DNA of 64,000 nucleotides from Candidatus Adlerbacteria bacterium (GTDB lineage Bacteria; Patescibacteriota; Minisyncoccia; Phycocordibacterales; SBAW01): NCBI GenBank assembly GCA_963749085.1, contig CAVVLG010000003.1, positions 80,235 to 144,234 of the forward strand, read 5' to 3'. Shown piece by piece: positions 57,701 to 64,000 of this stretch (position 1 is its first letter; each line of letters starts with the position of its first letter). The notes under the pieces were generated by a model. It saw only the letters and a program-made list of their open reading frames with translations, ran no database searches and was not told where the DNA came from. The position numbers and the translations under genes were made by a program.

Positions 57701-58366
57701 TTATTTTGCAGGGGACAGAACGCGGTCACCAGTGTCATGCCCGTTGGACGTATTCCTCTCCATCTTCCAGGTGTAGATATTCGCCGCCCAGATCTTATCG
57801 ACCTGGTTCCAATACACATCTCCGCGATACGAGCCTATGTAGAAGATGTTGGAAAGACCATTGTTGAGGAGGTCCCCCGATACACCGTTGGCCTGTTCAG
57901 ACACCAACTCAGCGATGACAGCGCATAATGTGCTCTCATCGAAACAATGGCGCTCGGGGAGACCCTCTTCGATTTCGTCGTCGGCGAGATCGTCCTGGAG
58001 GTCGTCGATGTTGACCTTAAAGATTGTGCCAGGTTTGATTGGCTTTGCCTTCGCGAGGACGAGTTGGCGAAATTCTTTACCAACCCATATATTTTTCCGA
58101 TTCGCATAGAACGATAGATCAACTCCGCCGGAGATTGTTACGGAGAGCTGTTTTGACCGAACAAGAACGAACATGCTTCTGACAGCTTGCTCGATCGCAT
58201 CTGTGACTCGGTCGGCGAGAACCTGGTTCTTGTCCTTGATCGCCTTGAGCACAAATTTTGGATTGTTGAACTTGGCGGCGACTTTTGGCAACGCCGTTGC
58301 AACGCTCACGGAGACGGTCGATTGGAATTCGGCCATTTGACCGGGAGTAAAGGCTGTTCCACTCAT
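57701..58366 (-). CDS. hypothetical protein
   Basis: 221 aa soluble, acidic; no motifs. Confidence 0.4.
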   Translation of the reverse strand: MSGTAFTPGQMAEFQSTVSVSVATALPKVAAKFNNPKFVLKAIKDKNQVLADRVTDAIEQAVRSMFVLVRSKQLSVTISGGVDLSFYANRKNIWVGKEFRQLVLAKAKPIKPGTIFKVNIDDLQDDLADDEIEEGLPERHCFDESTLCAVIAELVSEQANGVSGDLLNNGLSNIFYIGSYRGDVYWNQVDKIWAANIYTWKMERNTSNGHDTGDRVLSPAK

Positions 58367-58690
58367 CGTGGCTGTTCCTTTGCAAGTTTGCGGTTACAAA
58401 GAACCGTACCTATACACATTACAGTGAGATTTAGAATTGGTCAAGCTCCCACATTGACGAGAATGTACGTGTAATCTCCAATTCCACAGAAACGAAACTT
58501 TTATGCTCCTCATCCGTTATGTCTACTGAACAGCCGGCACTTTGATACGCGAATACTGCACCCAGCCCAACCTCCCTCAACCCTCGACTTTTACCTTTCC
58601 GCTGTCTGGTGTCTAACCGTGTAATAAGTGATAGGCCTCTTTAGGCCAGCTATTCCTTCCGGCTAGAAAGCAACGCTTGGCAATCCCTCA

Positions 58691-58900
58691 TTGGGGTTTC
58701 TTTGCGATGTGTTTCAAGCTGTTGTCTGTATCGTCAAGATGCAGGAGGAAAAAGCAACATATAGTCAAAATTTAATAGATCGAACCCGAGCGTACTTCTC
58801 ACAAAAGTGCGGTCGGGACATTTCTGTTGAGGAAGCTATCGAGTATCTCAATGCGCTTGCCGGTTTGTACGAATCGTTCATCGAGTTTGCGGAGGAGTAG
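58691..58900 (+). CDS. small hypothetical protein
   Basis: 69-aa ORF after a 325-bp intergenic region. Confidence 0.2.
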   Translation: MGFLCDVFQAVVCIVKMQEEKATYSQNLIDRTRAYFSQKCGRDISVEEAIEYLNALAGLYESFIEFAEE

Positions 58901-58953
58901 CCGAGCTCGGCCGGCGGCGCTTTAGCGCCCCGGCCGATCCGGTTCTCTTGATT

Positions 58954-59520
58954 CTAGAGACACTTAACGACATGGAGACAAACCTTAAAGTGATTGCAAG
59001 TGGGACTTGTGTTGAGGTTTTTCGATATTTGGACGGCGTATTGGAATATGGAATGTCGCGAATTCGGTACTTTTGACAACAAATTTAATTTAACCTCGGC
59101 CTCGTAGATATCACTTTTCCTGGAAGGTTTGACTTCAAGATAAAGTCCAATTCTGGTCCAACTATTTTTTGGAACATTACTAACTTTATTTTCTGATAGC
59201 GTATCAGTGCTGTTTTTCTTATTGGTGAGTTGTATAGTGCTTGTTACTAATAATTCATTACTGGAACGAATATATAGACCAACTCCATAAAAGGAGATCT
59301 TTTCTGAAAATAAATACGGGAGTTTAATCGAAGGGTCGTTGAAAGATATAAGCAACTCCTTGCCTGAAATTTTAATTTGATCTGTTTTATGAATGAAACA
59401 CTCGCTACCAGTCTTACCCCCTTTTACTTTAAAACCACTTTTCTGTCTAACAGATCTTCTCTTTGGTTGGAGAAAAAAATGGCCACGGTGAATTCTGGGA
59501 GTATGAGTTTTTGTCGCCAT
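58954..59520 (-). CDS. hypothetical protein (AT-rich, likely acquired)
   Basis: 188 aa, Lys/Ser/Asn-rich, markedly lower GC than neighbours. Confidence 0.4.
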   Translation of the reverse strand: MATKTHTPRIHRGHFFLQPKRRSVRQKSGFKVKGGKTGSECFIHKTDQIKISGKELLISFNDPSIKLPYLFSEKISFYGVGLYIRSSNELLVTSTIQLTNKKNSTDTLSENKVSNVPKNSWTRIGLYLEVKPSRKSDIYEAEVKLNLLSKVPNSRHSIFQYAVQISKNLNTSPTCNHFKVCLHVVKCL

Positions 59521-59602
59521 AAATTTAAAGCCCGTGTGCAGGAAAACGATACAACAAACTTGACCTTATTACTAGTCTAAAATGACGCGACTCGAGCGCG
59601 AT

Positions 59603-59626
59603 AACCTAGCTCAACTTGGCTGGGAG
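59603..59626 (-). other. tRNA 3'-end remnant (T-arm + acceptor + encoded CCA)
   Basis: Minus strand reads CAGGTTCGAATCCTAG-TCTCCCA-G-CCA with no upstream 5' half; typical att/direct-repeat scar of a tRNA-targeting element. Confidence 0.45.
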
Positions 59627-59627
59627 A

Positions 59628-60848
59628 CTAGGATTCGAACCTGTTTATTAATATATGTTCAGGCCGAAAGCCAATGCCTATGACGTACGCGGGAATCCAT
59701 TGCAACATAGGAACTTTCCCTAGCATCTTAATAAACCATGGGGGTCTCATGTGCCCTTTATGCATGAGTACGGCCCCAAGCACGCGACGATGGAGAAACA
59801 CCTGCAAACCCTGTGTGAGACGAGTAGGAAGTTGGCGACGTTTTTGAATACGCGCAAAATTCGCAACCGTCGGCTTCCCTTTTCTAAACGCAGGCACAAG
59901 GATATTTGCCGCCGCGACGGCGTCTTGAATCGCTAAGTTAATACCGACTCCGCCCACGGGAGACATTGCATGTGCCGAGTCGCCAATACACAGGAGCCCT
60001 TCGCGAAACCACGTGGTAAGGCGATCGACGCTGATACTTAGCAACTTTACCTGTTCCCATTCTTTCAATTCATCAACCACCGGCAACAGAAATGGCGCCA
60101 GTGTGGCGATGTCGCTTTTAAATTGCTTAAGCCCCCGCGACTTGATGCCGTCGAATACACCTTTTGAAATAATGAAGCCACACTGCCAATAGTCGTTGCG
60201 GTCGAGCAGAACAAGACCCCTTCCCGCGTCGATATAGCCAAGTGAACGTTTCGTACCGTCGTCTGTACGCGAAAGACGAAACCACAACACGTCTATTGGC
60301 GCGCCGAGATCCTCAACCGCAAGTCGTGCTTTGTCTCGAATAGTGGAATGTCTGCCATCGGCCCCAACCACCAGCTCGGCCCGTATTTCAAACTCTCCTT
60401 CTTTGTCTTTAACTCTGGCACCGACCACAATTCCTTTCCCCCCAATAATATCGAGAGCCTCAGTCTCCATCATGAGATGAAAGCCCGGATATTTTTTCGC
60501 CTCTAATGCCATAAAATTTAAGAAATCCCATTGCGGAATGAACGCGATATAGGGACATCGCACGCGGAGCCTGGTGAAATCGGCCACCACTATTTCCTCC
60601 CCACCCATATGAGCCGCCATTTGCTGCATCTCGCTGTGCGGAAGCTTCAAAAAACCCTCAAGCAGCCCGAGCTCGTGAAGTACCTCCATGGTCGAAGGAT
60701 GAATGGTGTCGCCGCGGAAATCGCGGAAAAAGTCCGGCCATTTTTCGAGTATGATAACGTCTATTCCCGCCCTCGCGAGCAAAAACCCCAGTATGATACC
60801 CGCCGGTCCCCCTCCAGCGATGCAGCAGCGGGTGTTGACGGTACGCAT
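59628..60848 (-). CDS. FAD-dependent monooxygenase (UbiH/VisC-like)
   Basis: 'CCIAGGGPAGIILGFLLARAGIDVIILEK' Rossmann dinucleotide motif and 'GDSAHAMSPVGGVGINLAIQDA' FAD-binding motif; start trimmed to Met 'MRTVNT'. Confidence 0.75.
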   Translation of the reverse strand: MRTVNTRCCIAGGGPAGIILGFLLARAGIDVIILEKWPDFFRDFRGDTIHPSTMEVLHELGLLEGFLKLPHSEMQQMAAHMGGEEIVVADFTRLRVRCPYIAFIPQWDFLNFMALEAKKYPGFHLMMETEALDIIGGKGIVVGARVKDKEGEFEIRAELVVGADGRHSTIRDKARLAVEDLGAPIDVLWFRLSRTDDGTKRSLGYIDAGRGLVLLDRNDYWQCGFIISKGVFDGIKSRGLKQFKSDIATLAPFLLPVVDELKEWEQVKLLSISVDRLTTWFREGLLCIGDSAHAMSPVGGVGINLAIQDAVAAANILVPAFRKGKPTVANFARIQKRRQLPTRLTQGLQVFLHRRVLGAVLMHKGHMRPPWFIKMLGKVPMLQWIPAYVIGIGFRPEHILINRFES

Positions 60849-60897
60849 ATTTAAAATGGTATCACGCGCGAGGGAGTAACTTTGAGAGTCTGGGACG

Positions 60898-61752
60898 CTA
60901 TGGCAGGAGCGGTGCAATTGAGAGGGCGACTGAAAACGCCACGAGGACTATGAGCGAAAAACGAAAAAGTCGCCGGGCCCAGCGTGTAGAATCTGCGGCA
61001 GTAAACCCTTGTATACCCAGCCAGAGCCACGCGAAGCCAAAAAGCAATACGCAGACCAGATAGGTGTACCCGGCGTATCCGAGCACTGTGAGCATGGATG
61101 CCGCAATGAGAAAGGCGATAATATAGAAAACAATGTATACGTTCGTCACTCGTATCCCTCTGCGTGCCGGCAGCACAGGAATACCCGCTTTCTTATACTC
61201 ATCGAGTCTGTATATGGCTATTGAATAAAAATGCGGCATCTGCCAAAGCGCGAGAACCAAGAATAGTAGAAGTGCCGCACTGTCCAAGCGATCGGTCACT
61301 GCCGTATACCCCACCACCATGGGTATGGCACCCGGTATACTCCCCACCACCGTTGCCCAATGGGTGATGCGTTTGAAGATGCCGTAGGGTCCGACGTACA
61401 AAATAAAACCGAGAAGCGCAATCGCAGCCGTGAGGATGTTCACGTACGCGAATAATAGGTACACTCCGACGCATCCTATGACGGTTGCAAAAATAAGCGC
61501 GTGGCGAACCGGAATAGCTCCGGTTGCAAGTGCGCGGTCTTTGGTGCGCTCCATCTTCCGGTCAATGTCCCGGTCACTGTAGTTGTTGAAAACGCAGGCC
61601 GAAGCTATAACGAGCGCTATTCCCACGACGGTTGCAACCAGAAGCACCGGATTGAAATGCCATCGTGAAGCGAAGAGGAAACCGGCGAGTGTTGTGAATA
61701 CGTTGCCGTACACGATGCCCGGCTTCATGAGGGTATAGTAGTTTTTCAGCAT
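60898..61752 (-). CDS. cyoE: protoheme IX farnesyltransferase (heme O synthase)
   Basis: UbiA-family 'NNYSDRDIDRKMERTKDRALATG' Asp-rich motif; 284 aa, 8-9 TM. Confidence 0.85.
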   Translation of the reverse strand: MLKNYYTLMKPGIVYGNVFTTLAGFLFASRWHFNPVLLVATVVGIALVIASACVFNNYSDRDIDRKMERTKDRALATGAIPVRHALIFATVIGCVGVYLLFAYVNILTAAIALLGFILYVGPYGIFKRITHWATVVGSIPGAIPMVVGYTAVTDRLDSAALLLFLVLALWQMPHFYSIAIYRLDEYKKAGIPVLPARRGIRVTNVYIVFYIIAFLIAASMLTVLGYAGYTYLVCVLLFGFAWLWLGIQGFTAADSTRWARRLFRFSLIVLVAFSVALSIAPLLP

Positions 61753-61755
61753 GGC

Positions 61756-62145
61756 TCAGATGCCCTCCTGGTTTTGCATGTACTGCTCCATTTGAGCGGT
61801 ATCCGGCATCATGCGTCCGTTGAGCGTGAACATAATCCACAAGGAGCCCGAGACCAGTATAAGTACGACTAACACCGCAAAGCCCAACGCAATAAGGCGG
61901 TCGCGCGAAGCGTGCTTGCCCCCTACATGAAGGAAGCACAGTATCTGCACTGCGAATTGCGTGCAGGCGAGCAGAATAAGGACAACGATGACGAGCCCCT
62001 GCGGCACAGCCACGTGTACGGCCAAAAAATATGCAGTGAGCGTGAGCAGGAGTGAGAGCACAAAACCGATCGCGTAGGCGCCGAGAAGAGTTCTGGAGCC
62101 CTGCGGCCATGCACCAATGTCTTCAAAATAATGATAGGTATTCAT
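61756..62145 (-). CDS. cyoD: cytochrome bo3 ubiquinol oxidase subunit IV
   Basis: About 130 aa, 3 TM; position between cyoC and cyoE; start trimmed to Met 'MNTYHYF'. Confidence 0.55.
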   Translation of the reverse strand: MNTYHYFEDIGAWPQGSRTLLGAYAIGFVLSLLLTLTAYFLAVHVAVPQGLVIVVLILLACTQFAVQILCFLHVGGKHASRDRLIALGFAVLVVLILVSGSLWIMFTLNGRMMPDTAQMEQYMQNQEGI

Positions 62146-62753
62146 AGTACTACTCCCATTAAATACACGATAACAAATATGAAGATCCACACGAGCTCAA
62201 GAAAGTGCCAGAACGTCGCGAGCATGATGAGTTTTCGCATGTTGAAGCGTGAAAGACCCTTGCGCGCTATCGCTATCATAAGGACGATTATCCATATAAG
62301 CCCCAGGGTGACGTGGAGTCCATGCGTGCCGACGAGCGTGAAATAAGAGGAGAGAAAACCGCTTTGCTGTGGTCCATACCCCTCCGCAATAAGGCGGCTG
62401 AATTCAAAAAATTCCATTCCGACGAAGAACGTCCCCAACACGGCGGTCACGCCCAGCCAGAAAAGGACTTCTCCCTTGCTTCCCTTGCGCGCGGCGAGCA
62501 AAGATAAACCGCACGTAAAGCTGCTGGTGAGAAGCAACAGCGTCTCGGCGAGGGCAAACGGGGCGCTGAAAATCTGATTTCCCGACGGGCCGCCAAACGT
62601 ATTGGTGCGCAATACCGCGTAGACTGCGAAAAGACTCGCAAAGAGCACGAAGTCCGTCATGAGATACATCCAAAATCCGAACACCGTCGTCGAGTCTGCG
62701 GCCCGCTCCTCAGCCGGAAGATTTCCTTCAGTGTTCATCGATTCGTTGTTCAT
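62142..62753 (-). CDS. cyoC: cytochrome bo3 ubiquinol oxidase subunit III
   Basis: 203 aa, 5 TM, '[17 protein letters not shown]' and '[19 protein letters not shown]' heme-copper oxidase subunit III signatures. Confidence 0.85.
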   Translation of the reverse strand: MNNESMNTEGNLPAEERAADSTTVFGFWMYLMTDFVLFASLFAVYAVLRTNTFGGPSGNQIFSAPFALAETLLLLTSSFTCGLSLLAARKGSKGEVLFWLGVTAVLGTFFVGMEFFEFSRLIAEGYGPQQSGFLSSYFTLVGTHGLHVTLGLIWIIVLMIAIARKGLSRFNMRKLIMLATFWHFLELVWIFIFVIVYLMGVVL

Positions 62754-64000
62754 ATAGTCGCGTTCGGATTATGGCGCAGTGCCTCCTGCTTCCTCACTTC
62801 GGCGGCACTCAATACATATTCCGTATCCTCGGTGAACGTCCGCACAAGGATACTGATGAACACACCGAGGAGGCCGAGTGTCACGAGCCACCATATATGC
62901 CAGATGACCCCGAAGCCGAAGAAAAACGCGAAGCCCGCGATGCATATCCCCACACTAGTGTTCTTCGGCATATGAATGTCTTCAAATGCTTCCTCTCTGG
63001 GGGCACTTCCCTGCTTCATGGCCCAAAAGGCATCGCGTGTATGCACCACGGGCAGCACTGCGAAATTGTAGGATGGCGGAGGCGAGGAAGTAGACCACTC
63101 GAGCGTTCGGCCGCCCCACGGATCGCCGGAAGTATCTCGATTATCATTTCTATTCCTGATGCTTCGTAGTATCTGCGCTATTTGGAAGATGAACCCAATC
63201 GCGATGAGGACCGCTCCGATGCCGGCAACGATAAACAGCGGCTGCCAGCCTAAGGACGCGCTGTAGTGATCAAGGCGCCTGGTCGCGCCCATAAAGCCCA
63301 AAATATAGAGCGGTCCGAACGCAAGAATGAAACCAACGAGCCAGCACCAAAATGCTTTAAGGCCAAGTTTCTCGTCGAGTTTGAAGCCGAAGATTTTTGG
63401 AAACCAATACGTGAAGCCCGCGAAATACCCGAAGAGTACCCCGCTCACGATCATCGTGTGGAAGTGCGCGACTAAAAAGAGACTATTGTGAAGCTGGTAG
63501 TCGGCAGCCGGCTCTGCGAGCACAACGCCAGCGACTCCGCCGAGCGTGAAGAGCACTACGAAGCCCATGAACCACAGCATGGGTGTTTCAAACCGTATAC
63601 GGCCGCGGTACATGGTAAAAAGCCAGTTGAATATCTTGACTCCGGTCGGTACCGCAATGATAGCGGTCATAATCCCGAAGAAGGTGTTGACGTCTGCTCC
63701 CGCGCCCATGGTAAAGAAATGATGGAGCCACACAGTGAAGGAAAGAAAGGTTATTGCCATGACCGAGAGCACCATGGAGGTGTAACCCGCAAGTTTCTTT
63801 GAAGAAAAAACGGGAACGACTTCGGAGAACACGCCGAACGCGGGCAAGATGAGTATGTAGACTTCCGGATGGCCCCACGCCCAGATGAGGTTGACGTACA
63901 TCATCATGTTTCCTCCGCCGCCCGCGGTGAAAAAATGCATGCCGAGCGTACGATCCAGTGCCAAAAGCGAGAGGGTTACGGTCAATATGGGGAACGCGAA
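62750..64000 (-). CDS. cyoB: cytochrome bo3 ubiquinol oxidase subunit I (3' part; gene continues past the window end)
   Basis: '[34 protein letters not shown]' and '[20 protein letters not shown]' heme-copper oxidase subunit I helices; the ORF is still open at position 64000. Confidence 0.9.
   Translation of the reverse strand, partial: FAFPILTVTLSLLALDRTLGMHFFTAGGGGNMMMYVNLIWAWGHPEVYILILPAFGVFSEVVPVFSSKKLAGYTSMVLSVMAITFLSFTVWLHHFFTMGAGADVNTFFGIMTAIIAVPTGVKIFNWLFTMYRGRIRFETPMLWFMGFVVLFTLGGVAGVVLAEPAADYQLHNSLFLVAHFHTMIVSGVLFGYFAGFTYWFPKIFGFKLDEKLGLKAFWCWLVGFILAFGPLYILGFMGATRRLDHYSASLGWQPLFIVAGIGAVLIAIGFIFQIAQILRSIRNRNDNRDTSGDPWGGRTLEWSTSSPPPSYNFAVLPVVHTRDAFWAMKQGSAPREEAFEDIHMPKNTSVGICIAGFAFFFGFGVIWHIWWLVTLGLLGVFISILVRTFTEDTEYVLSAAEVRKQEALRHNPNATI

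Noticed and set aside
59581-59720. Full tRNA or tmRNA gene on the minus strand ending in GGTTCGAATCC...GCCA
   Set aside because: Only the T-arm and 3' acceptor strand are present. The expected 5' acceptor strand TGGGAGA is absent within 400 nt upstream, and the upstream DNA is the monooxygenase CDS. It is kept only as a 3'-end remnant.

Overview
This 64-kb window looks like it comes from a small-genome, CPR/Patescibacteria-like bacterium, possibly a Saccharibacteria-type lineage. That guess is inference from composition (about 50% GC), tRNA genes with no encoded CCA, a monoderm-style type IV pilus super-operon with no secretin, and a cyo (bo3 oxidase) operon.

Left to right, the window contains:

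- **Integrative element at tRNA-Met (partial, 1 to about 3.2 kb).** A tyrosine integrase and an Xis-like HTH protein abut the 3' end of a tRNA-Met.
- **Housekeeping genes.** gatC-gatA and ligA.
- **Type IV pilus operon (7.7 to 21.3 kb, minus strand).** A contiguous pilM-GDPD-pilN-pilO-pilB-pilT-pilC operon, with six prepilin-type genes and pilD. A secreted protein with an RTX-like 9-residue beta-roll sits between two pilin paralogs.
- **Giant surface protein (21.4 to 26.1 kb).** It carries nine nucleotide-identical 237-bp (79-aa) Ig-like tandem repeats. An IS5-family element has split it from its signal-peptide/peptidoglycan-binding N-terminus. The target duplication is CTAG and the two halves rejoin in frame.
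- **First large serine recombinase (26.8 to 28.1 kb),** next to tRNA-Ser and tRNA-Val, followed by tsaD, valS, a PrsW-like protease, Hsp20 and tRNA-Phe.
- **Accessory segment (33.4 to 47.1 kb) bracketed by perfect 68-bp direct repeats.** It carries a 2,902-aa TcB/TcC-like Rhs (YD-repeat) polymorphic toxin, a downstream orphan Rhs C-terminal toxin cassette, two paralogous small 2-TM immunity-like genes, and a second paralogous large serine recombinase. This Rhs island is the most interesting candidate system.
- **Mostly core genes from 47 kb onward,** including glutaredoxin, tRNA-Gly, a RelE/ParE toxin pair, ftsB, lepA, murJ, an O-antigen-ligase/TPR protein and a previously unflagged compact RNase P RNA (rnpB).
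- **An AT-rich patch with repeated 19-22-bp motifs and a tRNA 3'-end scar,** then a FAD monooxygenase and cyoE-cyoD-cyoC-cyoB (cyoB runs off the window).
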